Source: Lama guanicoe
Lineage: Eukaryota
DNA length: 64,000 bases
Assembly (NCBI GenBank): GCA_013239625.1
Contig: MU056816.1
Span: 2,796,773-2,860,772 of the forward strand
Direction of reading: 5' to 3'
Part shown: positions 54,650-64,000 of the stretch, in pieces
Layout of the letters: each line of letters opens with the position of its first letter
Numbering within the stretch: position 1 is the first letter of the stretch
Program-made: the position numbers and the translations under genes
The notes under the pieces: model-generated
Database searches by the model: none
Told to the model about the DNA's origin: nothing
Seen by the model: the letters and a program-made list of their open reading frames with translations, nothing else

Positions 54650-56423
54650 TATAAAACTATTTAATAAAGATTTTTAACTAAGTAAAAAAAAGCTTTATTT
54701 AAATTAGTTTTATTTAAAAATTAATAATTTGTATAGCTAATTTTGAATATTTGAGGAGAAAATAACTGATAAATATATAACTGATTAAGTTTTTTACATT
54801 TACATATTTTGGCAAAAATACATTTAAATTTTGTAAACTTAGGCTACAATTATACTTTATTTTAAAATCCTAGATCACTGAAAATGAGTACACATTGAAT
54901 CACAACAGAAATAGAAACTATATATATGGAAACAAAAAATATCTGAAAATAAAAAAGAAATAGAATATATTCAAGGGAGCAATCTACTTAAATTTTTTAA
55001 AACTGGGAAAAGACTATGGAGGCTAGATATAGAAAAAGAAATGGTGGCCACATACACCTTCATTGTTTTGACCGGTAACCGAATCAGTAAACAATGTGAA
55101 ATCGCATGGATTTTATCTGACCTGTTCAAGTTGTAGATTTGATACAATAATTTCCTGCCTCGTTTCCAGCAAATCTACAACCTGAACAGGCAGATTAAAT
55201 CCCTGCAACTTCATATTCTTGATTTGTACTCTTGCTCTGGGCCCCTCAAACATCAGGGTTCTCCCTTCCCCTTGGGAAGGGTCCCCCACCACCAACCCAG
55301 CCACCAGGAGCAGCCAACAGCCTCAGGTAAGGTATCAACCAACTGCTAGCATCAGCTGCCAGACATGCGAGTGAACAAGCCTTCAGATGATTTCAACTCC
55401 CAGTCCCTGAATCACTTCCAACTCAGTCCCCTTACACCATGGAGCAGAGACAGTGATCCTGGCAGCATCCTCCCCAAATTCCTAATCCCCAGAATCCATG
55501 GAATTTAATACGTGGCTATTGCTGTTGTAAGTCACTAAGGTTTGGGTGGTTTGTTATACAGCGATGGAAAACTAATCCACCTCCTCAATTCACTGCTGTC
55601 AGCTCTGCCCCTCCCACCCTCCGACTGAAGGTAACCAAAACGGGATCTTTCTGCCAAATAGAATGGACATTTTCCATCTTCATTTTGTTTCTCTTCTCTG
55701 GAGCATTTGACCCTGTTGCCTACCCTTTTTCCTCTGTTCTTTTCAAAGTTCTTGTCTCTGTTGATTTTTCTCTTTCTCTCTCTCTCCCCTTCTCATTTCT
55801 CCTCCCATCTCTCTGATCTTTCTCAGGCTCTTTCCATGACTTGGCCAAACTTCCTTTTCTCCTCATCTGCACACTTTACTTGGGCACTGTCATACCCATG
55901 GCTTCAACTACCATCACTGTGTGGGTGACTCATCAATGTAGATTTCTAGCCCAGACTTCTCTCTTGATCTCCACAACTGTCTCTTGAATCTCTCCATCTG
56001 AATCTCCCCAGTTGCTTACAAATTAATGTTTCAATTTAAACTTATTAAGCAAGCACTGAATTCCCAATCATTGAATTCATTTTCTTCTCCCAAATCTGTT
56101 CCATTGTCCCTGGTTTCAATTAGTGGAATCACCAATCACCCAATTGCCCAAGCCAGAAACCTGGAAGGCCCCCAGGTCACACTCTTGCTCTTTGCACTCT
56201 GCCCCCCACCCTGAGTTCTAATAACCTGAGTCCTAGCGATTTTACTTTCCAGCTCATTTCTGAATCCCTCCAACCCTGCTGCTTCTGCCTGTCTTCCTAC
56301 CTCTGGCCTTTTCTGCAGCCCTGGCACCATATGCCCACTAGCTTCACAGAGCTGAATCACAAGCACTCCCTGGAGTTTTCAGTTTTCAGCCATCGCTGAG
56401 GACCCCTGTTCCTTTTTAAAAAG

Positions 56424-56553
56424 TTTTTTAGGGTGGGTAGTTAGGTTTGTTTGTTTGCTTGTTTGTTTATTTTTAGAGGAGGTACTGGGGATTGAACCCA
56501 GGATCTCCTGCATGCTAAATTTGCGTGCTACCGCTTGAGCTATACCCTCCCCC
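56424..56553 (-). mobile_element. tRNA-derived SINE, long form
   Basis: Reverse complement of the consensus with a (TTTG)n tail. Confidence 0.8.
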
Positions 56554-57838
56554 AACAAGTGGTATGTTTTTAAAACTAAACCTTCTATTTGTCTATTGCT
56601 GTGGTACAGGCATATTGATGTTTAAATATTCATTTTGCCCTCATAAAGGGGTGTATTAGTTCTAATTGTAGGTTCTCATAGTTGTTTTGTAAATAATGAT
56701 GGCTTTATTTCTTCTTTTTCTTATTGTGATACTTCAGACCTCACAGCACAAGTTGAACAGAAACAGTAAAAACTACTATCCTTGGATTTAACATTGGAAG
56801 TTATTTTCAATTCATAGTTAGATAGGTTTGTTTTTAAAATCAGAAATTAGTGTTAAACGTTATTCAGTGCATTCTCTATACCTACTGGAACAATCATATT
56901 TTTTCTTTTTAATATTGCAAATATCATTGTGGTAAATATCATTAATAAAATTTAAAATTTAATTTTATTTTAGATTTATTTTAAAAATCTAAGGATGGAA
57001 TTAGACCATCCTAGCGTTCCTGGAATAAACCCTGCTTTGTCACACATAAACACATGCATATATACACACACTTGCACAAACTCCACTGGATTCATTTTGC
57101 TAATATTTCATTTAGAGTTTTTAGTCTTATTGGTGCGATTGGTCCTCTTTTTCCATTGCCTTGGACAGTTTCTATAAATAAACAGTTCCTTAAGTGTATA
57201 TTATAACAGAATAATACGCCTATAAAACCATTTGTGTACAGCATGTGTGTGTGTGTGTGAGCACACGTGTGCACATTTAAAATTTCTCTTTCAATTTATC
57301 AGAATTTATAGATCTGTCAGGTTTTCTATTTTTTCTTGAGTCAGCTTCGGCTGCCTTTCGTCTAATTTCCTCGCCTCTTCAGGACCAAGATCTCATCTGT
57401 CCCTGGATGGCTGATAAAACAGCCCTTAGTTAAAAGAACCCATCCCTTCCAGCCCCCTCCTAGTAACCACAGCCACAGTCAGCTTACCCTCTGGCTTTCA
57501 GTTCCCTCTCTGTTTCTAGCACCGGGGATTTCACTTTCCTTTTGAGAACTGAGTCATATGTTTACTCCCCCCCCATATTTTATCCAGTGTTTTAGGTGCT
57601 TTTAGATTTTCTAATTCCTCTATCTTGCTTAATTCTAAAGTTGTCCTCATTTTTATAGATAAGAAAGCTGGGGTTCAGAGTGTTTTAACAGCCTGCTGAA
57701 GGTCACACTGATAATACTTTTCCCAGTTACTGAACATAGATATTCTGGTTCTGAATCCTGCACTGTTGCCACATGATTCTTTGCTGCTTACCAAAGTCAA
57801 CGAGGCAAAACCAGGAAGGGGCATTAAAAAGTCAAAAA

Positions 57839-57980
57839 GGGGAGGGTAGAGCTCAGTGGTAGAGTGTGGGCTTAGCGCACTGGAGGTTTTAGGGTCAAAC
57901 TCAGTACTTCCATTTAAAAGATAAATAAATAAAGCTAGTTACTCCCCTCCATAAAAACCAAACCAAAAAGAAAAAGAAAG
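57839..57980 (+). mobile_element. tRNA-derived SINE, long form, diverged
   Basis: A box, degraded B box, tail, TSD AAAGTCAAA. Confidence 0.72.
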
Positions 57981-58184
57981 AAAGTCAAAGGAGAAGGTGG
58001 AGGGGGCCGGAATGAAGGCACAACTGTGGAGGTGGACAATGCCAGGAAATATGGTGGGAGGAATGGTGTAGGAAATGATACATGGCACTCCTGGGCTGCG
58101 GCTGCTGGAGGGACAATCATGGCCTCAATTCATCCTAAAATCCTAAAATAAGTACCCTCTTGTCCCAGATCCTGGCGCATATGC

Positions 58185-58950
58185 ATCAATTCAACCAATA
58201 TGTAAATGCAATATTTACAGTGTTCAGGCCCAGGTCCAAAGCAAGAGTTTGCATCTGCTGTCATGGCCTCTGCCATCAGGGAGCTTACATTCTATGGGGA
58301 GCCAGACATCAAATAATCCCCAATGGACGTAGACCTGCGACCCTACCAAGTGCCTCCAAGGAAAAGGGCACCTTGGTGTGGGCGCTCAGAAGAGGGGAAT
58401 TTGACGCGAAAGGAAGGTCTGGGTACCTTCCCTCAGGATGTGGTAAAGATCTGAAGAACAAAGACGAGCTAACTTAAAAGAAAAATGGAAGAAGGAGCCA
58501 TTCAGGAGGAGGGCCCAGCCTACACAAAGGCTCTCTGCAGTGCGGGAAGCAGCGGTGGCAGAAGTGGAGCACTGGGAAAGTGATGAGGGGGAGAGAGAGG
58601 TGGGGGGTGAGGCTGGAGAGGCCAGTGGGGCCACATCTTACAGGGCCTTAGAAACCAGGTTAAGGACCTGGGTCTCTAACCTAAGGTCAGTGGGAAACCA
58701 CTGAATGTGTTTCAGCAGGGTAACTGAAACAATCAGGTTTACATTTCAAAAGGATTCTCTGACTCAGGTGTGCTGCTTGAGTTAGAGAAGTCCTTTCCCA
58801 ACCTTGGCAGCTACCGCAGTGATTCAAAGAGCTGGATTGTCCAGGTGGGGGCTGGACCAGTGAGGTGGAGGGATGGAGAAGACTGGACAGACCTGGGAGA
58901 TATTATAGTGGATACACTTGATAGGACTTGACACTAGATTCAATTATGAG
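58185..58950 (-). mobile_element. LINE-2 3' fragment
   Basis: GGAGCTTACATTCTATGGGG and GGGAAACCACTGAATG..CAGGTTTACATTTCAAAAGGAT are L2-like motifs. Confidence 0.6.
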
Positions 58951-59849
58951 GTACTCACCATGAACTCCCGAGATCAAATCCTTCAAAGGCAGGCACCAAA
59001 TCACAAACCTGATTGTAATACCCAGGTCCTAGAACAGTTCCTGACACGTGGTAGACTCAATACATATTTCCTGAAAGGATGAAACTGACCAGGCCTCCCA
59101 TGTGATACTTTCATCTCTAAGGTTCTTTAATTCCTTCCTGCTGGTGGCAATGATCAGCCTCTCTGATACCTCATAGAGAGAAATCTGCCAAGTTCTCAAG
59201 AGCATGCTTTGGGGGAAGTTAATTCAAGAACTAAGGTCTGCCTTATCCTTTAACATGAACAGTAGCAGTAAATTTACTGCAGGAGTTGCTCAAGGGAGTA
59301 ACTCCCGCAGCAGAACCTTCTACAAAAATGAAAGATGACAATGCCCTCCTCACGGCCAGGCTGGGCCCAAGGGTGCCAATCTGGAGGGGATGCTCCATAG
59401 GCCCCCCTGCTGACTCTTGTTCAAAACCAGTTTCCCAGCACATGAAGAAGACATTAAGCAAGCAATCTCGTAGAAGAAGGGCAAATGCTAGGAAGTGCTT
59501 GTAGCAGCAACTCAGGACCTTGACAGCACTGGGGAAGATGTAAACGGAAGAAACGAGTTCCCCTGCGGATGTTTGTTCCTAGGATATTTCTAGGTTTTTC
59601 TGAGGTTTTTGTTTGTTTGTTTGCTTGTTTGTTTTTTGTCTATCTTCTCCTGCACAGCACAGCCCTGTTCTACATTCTCCACATCCAGAATCTTCCACTT
59701 TCTCCTCCAACCTCCCCTGGCTTCTTCCTCTGGTCTCCATCTCCTCCATTTCCCTGCCTTCTACTTGGATACATGCCTCTGCCTGTTTCCATCTTTCAGT
59801 AAGAGGTCCCAGTGCCGCTGGAAAGAGCAGCCTCCTTCTGGGCTCTATT

Positions 59850-61440
59850 CCTAGAGTGAAGTGCAGTGAAGGTCATAGAAAACCCTGAGTCAGGGCCAGA
59901 AGTGGGCACAGGAAGATGGCCTCATATGATGGGGTGCTGGGTGTACCTTTAGCACTGGATTCGAGAAGCGCCCAGCAGCCTCTGGGCAAAGTGATGGGGT
60001 TGGGTGGGATCAGTGTGCGACTAGGATTTGATGGTGGGGGTTGTCACAGAGATCTCTGGGGATTCAGTTATCATTTTAAAATAATCCTGTGACGAAAATT
60101 CCAGTGAATCGGATCCATCCGTGATGGTGGCATGTCCCAGACAGCCTGGTTAGACTTCTCAGATGGAGGACAGGAGATTGGAAGTAGAAATTCCTTTCTG
60201 AGAAACAGGAAAAGCTCTTTTCCTTGGGAATTAGATTTTGGATCAGGAGTGAGATGGGCCTGCTATTTCAGCTTTGAGTAGGTCCAGGTGAGACGCTCTG
60301 ATCACCCAACGTGGTTGTGCTGAAAGCTGCTCTGGCTGGGTGGGTTGAGGGGGGAGCTGTGCTCCATTATGCCCCCCACAGAAGAGGCAGTCACTCCGCT
60401 GTGGAGGGAGTCTGTGACCAGGGCTGCCCCTCTGCCTTCCTGGAGTGTTGGGTTGGGGAGGGCACTGCCACAGGGGCCTTGACTTGGCCTCAGTCCCCCT
60501 CCCTCCTCGCTGTGTTCATCCCTGTCCTCCCCAGTGAGTGTAGACTGGCTGTCAAGGCAGATGGGTGCTTGGAGCGAAGCCACGGCCACAGAGGCCACAG
60601 CAATAGGGCCTGTCACCTGTGTGAGAGTGCAGGGACAGAGTCAGGTGGGCCCTTCGCTGAAGCACTTCCCACCTTGCGGGCAGGAAAAGGGCAACTCATT
60701 CAAGTGGACCGGGCTGTGCTGGGAAGAGGAAGCTCCACATTCCATGTAGGACAAAGGTTTTGTGGTGGGGGCTGGGGCCACTGGTAGGGGAGGTGAGGAA
60801 GGGTCAGTGTGACAGCCGAGGGGTCAAGGGTGCCACAGTAGATGGGGAGCTGGAGGTCTGTTCTGCCTTGTCCTCCTCCTCCTCTTCCTTTGCTCCCAGC
60901 CTGTGGGGGGAGGGGGAAGAAGGTGAGCACAGCCAGGAGGGGGGTAGGCAGAGAGACTGAGGTGGAGGGGCAGGCCCCTCCCCCACTGAAAGAGTGACCC
61001 CCTCCCTTTCCTCCTCACCTCCCCACCCCCTGTCCCCGCGGTGGGGAAGCCCAGGGCACAACTTTCCTGTGAGCAGTTTGCCAGGGTTTTGAGGGCTGCC
61101 AGGCAACATGAGGGCCCTCAGAGATAGTCCTCACCTGGGCAGGGGTCTCCACAGGCTTCTGTGGCCCTGGGCTCCAGGGCTCAGCTTCTGCCCACATAAC
61201 CTGCTGTGGTTTAGGGACTGAGAAGCCTGAGGGAGATAAAATGAGGGGGAGAGTACGGGCGAGAGAGGCTCCCCTCCTTTCCTCCAGCCGCCTCAAACCC
61301 CGCCTCCAACTTCTTCCCCTCCCCCCTGAGGCTACCAGTGACGCCCTGGACCCCGAGGCCTGGCACCCCTCCTGCAGGGGGCACGTGCCCTTCATCCTCT
61401 AAGGATCAGGGTATCTACTGCAGTGGTTCTGGGCCTCTGC
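59850..61440 (-). pseudogene. Unprocessed KRAB-C2H2 zinc-finger pseudogene (probable counterpart of human ZNF70P1)
   Basis: KRAB-B-like exon 61226-61135 (GFSVPKPQQVMWAEAEPWSP) with cag and gtgag ends. Acceptor at 60900. Decayed fingers KPLSYMECGAS, PFSCPQGGKCFS and AHLTLSLHSHTGDRPYCCGLCGRGFAPSTHL* (linker at 60603-60623). Weaker finger remnants near 59900-60040. Confidence 0.8.
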
Positions 61441-61859
61441 GCACGGAGGACTTGTTACAATACAACTGCTGGCCTCACCTCCAGTTTCTCATGCACAGTG
61501 GCTTGGTTTGTAAGTGGTAGGGCAAAGATCTGGACCCCAACCTTTCCCCACCTTGCTCCTTTGGGTTCTTCTTCTACTTATATCTTGCCCCTCAACAAAA
61601 TAGTCACATTCCCTTTTGTCTACTTTGTGTCTCTTGCTCTGCCAGACCCATATATGTAGGCTTAACTGACAGAGGCTGAAGGACTTGGGGAACTAACCCA
61701 GGGGAGCTCCACCCTACCCCAGCACCTCCTTCTGCCTGCATTGTTCGGAAGGAGAATGCCTGGTCTGGTCGGGTAGTTTTTTTTCTTTGTTGTGTGTAGG
61801 AGAGACTTACCTAGAGCAACAGCTCTGTATGTCACTTACATGGTATCACCTAAATAAAC

Positions 61860-63010
61860 AGGCATGCCTGCGAAGTTGACCGTCGCGAGGGCAGAGGCGG
61901 GCAACAGGGCACTCGCAGCAGAGAGGGACGGGAGAAGTGTGATAAGTGGAGCGGTCGGGACGGTGGGTCGGAGGTGTCAAGTGGGGACTAAAGAGGGACC
62001 GCGGGGCCCTAGGAGGAGAGAGACAGGGGACCAGGGACCGCAGGAGGTTCCAGAGTGAAGCAAGAGGGAGGGATGGGGGGGGGACTGGCAGAAGAGGCTG
62101 ATGGGTCAGGTAGCGCTGGCGAGAACGTGGAGAGTGAGGGGGTGACGCTTCCGCAGCCCCCAGAACCAGAAGAGAAGCCAGGTTCACTCAATTCTCTTCG
62201 GCTTCCACCTTGGTGTCTCCCCCGACTCCTCCCCAGCTGTTTCTTTCCCTTGAAACTCCAGAAGCAATGCCCACCTTCCTCCCACCCTCACATCTTGGGA
62301 GCGTCACCCCTCTGGATACCTAGGGTTGGAGGGAAGGGGAGCCAGGATCAGGGCTGGGGAGGCGGGGCTAAACAGGGGGGTCCTTCAAGGGTGAAGTGGG
62401 TGTTGTCTATTTTTGCAGGGCAGGAGGTCTCGGGGTGAATGCAGGTGACCGGGTCTGCAGAGCTTGCAGGGGCGGGAGGGTGCTCCCTGCGTCCACAGTA
62501 CCGAGAATACTAGGCGCGAGGGAAACAAACGAGAAATGCCAGGCGTGGCCTGGGGTGCCCCCGGGCCGGAGGCTGACTCCTCCGCCAGGAGGGCAGAGAC
62601 GCAATGATTGAGTCGCAGGGATTTGGGGTGCTTCGAGGTGGGGGGGCACGAAAGGCAACGGAAACAGGAAGTGAGGGACTGAAGGGGGGGCGCGGGAGCG
62701 AGCGCCAGTCCCTCTCGGAGAGGCGATTCCTCCCCGACCCCCGCCCTGCTCGGGACGCGGCGCGCAGCCAGGGGCCCCAGACCCCCAGGCCGGCCTGCGG
62801 AACTCGAGGCCGGGAGGCAGCGATGGGTTTACTGGACGCCCCCAGCCCTCTGCACTCAAGTCACTGCTGGGACAAGCACAGAACTACAAGTCCCGGGCGG
62901 CCCTCCCTCCACTGGACCCCGCGGCTCGGCGGCACCGGCTCGCGCACTCCTGGGAACTGTAGTTCCCGGTCCTGCCCGCCTTCTTCGGGAGGTTTCCCAG
63001 GGGGGACCGA
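61860..63010. promoter_or_regulatory. CpG island between the RING1 3' end and the KRAB-ZNF pseudogene
   Basis: Dense CpG; two ZNF143-type ACTACAnnnCCC motifs (62883-62894 +, 62952-62963 -); ACAGGAAGTG near 62664; minus-strand donor AG|GTAAGT at 61811/61810. Confidence 0.75.
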
Positions 63011-63773
63011 GATGTCGCCAAGCTCTCCCACCTTACCACCTCTTTTCTTAACCTGTTTTAGAAACCAGCTTCTCACAAGGATGAGGAATTAATCCCCTTT
63101 CAAGCATCACAGGCCTGTCACGTCTACAAGCACGTCTCAGTAACTCTCCTGCTTTCCCTGAGATTTCAGCCGGGGCTATTCACGTTATAGGGGACAAGTC
63201 TGGGATTTGCCTTCACAGTTCTCCGCTTTCATCCTGTCTCATTCAGCTTCAAAGATGTTCCTTCTTATTTTCGAACGCATTTGATTTGGAGGTTCAGGAA
63301 AATGGGATTTACACATCACGAATAACCTCTGACATTTCTCCTCCATTTCCAAGGCTGATTCTACAAGATTTCTATGGCTCCTTCCCGGATCTTTATTTTT
63401 CTCCCTCTCATTCTAGTACACCCCTGATAAAAAGACACAGAACCGCAGGTTTCAAAGAGGAAAAAAAGCAAATTTGTTGTTGTTGGTCGGAGGACATGAA
63501 GAGGAGGGTTCTTCACTTCACCCTCCCCAACATCTGGTGTAGATGGGAGGTTGGGGGCAATAGAAAAGGCAGTAGATGGGGGCGCACACCCCACTCTGTA
63601 CAATATAGAAGAATCTGATATAGATACTTTGTATAAAAGCCACTTGTCCTCATTTGTGTCCTCTTGCTGGCTGGCTGGGTTGGGGGGGCACTGGGGGACA
63701 AAAAAGCTGGGGTCATGGGCCAGGACACAGGGACACCCCATAGTCCCCATCCTCTGGCTGTCCCCTTGTGGGG

Positions 63774-63875
63774 TCACTTTGGATCCTTGGTGGGGGCATA
63801 GCAGAGCTCCAGTGGTCGGGACACCTTCCAGAACTTCTCATTCACCAGCTCCAGGGTCAGCGAGCCATTCAATGT
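63774..63875 (-). CDS. RING1: RING1 (RING1A, Polycomb PRC1 E3 ligase), last coding exon only
   Basis: Acceptor ttcctctgtag, then [33 protein letters not shown], the RING1 C-terminus. Absent from the ORF track. A minus-strand AATAAA lies at 63392-63397. Confidence 0.93.
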
Positions 63876-64000
63876 CTACAGAGGAAATGGAAGACAGAGA
63901 GGGGGAAGAGAAATGTAAGTTGGAAAAGATGGTAAAGGACATGAATGAGAGGCAAAATGTGACGAAGGCAGGAGGAAAGAAAAAGGAATGATAAATGGGG

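Larger units (their letters stand above)
51200..56380 (+). mobile_element. Long fragmented LINE-2 with nested younger repeats
   Basis: C/T-rich L2-like blocks at about 51200-52660, 53400-53830 and 55580-56380, interrupted by MER5-like (52370-52495), L1, SINE and MLT-like (55300-55575) pieces. Confidence 0.55.

Noticed and set aside
61330-61440. KRAB-A exon as a standalone call
   Set aside because: Only faint resemblance; kept solely as part of the pseudogene model.
63551-63991. 146-aa plus-strand ORF
   Set aside because: It is antisense to the RING1 last exon, which explains the region.

Overview
Mammalian genomic DNA from the extended MHC class II region, probably camelid (inferred from about 11 copies of a short tRNA-derived Vic-1-like SINE). 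Gene order: TAPBP (3' part, +), RGL2 (+), PFDN6 (-), WDR46 (+), B3GALT4 (-, intronless), RPS18 (-), VPS52 (+) and the last exon of RING1 (-). I traced exon chains by hand from splice sites and phases. PFDN6 (129 aa), WDR46 (609 aa), RPS18 (152 aa) and VPS52 (723 aa) close in frame; one RGL2 exon runs into an N-gap. The VPS52-RING1 interval (about 18 kb) holds an orphan CpG island, a decayed HTATSF1 retrocopy, old L2/L1/MLT/MER debris, and a fossil multi-exon KRAB-C2H2 zinc-finger gene whose CpG-island promoter still looks intact. Best second-look items: that KRAB-ZNF fossil, two minor-spliceosome (U12) introns in VPS52 (one AT-AC), a poly(A)-only retrotransposition scar, an RGL2 uORF and a candidate RGL2 poison exon. 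I see no evidence for a wholly new biological system; this is a conserved, well-studied locus. Comparisons to human and mouse, and repeat family names, are from memory and were not checked by search.
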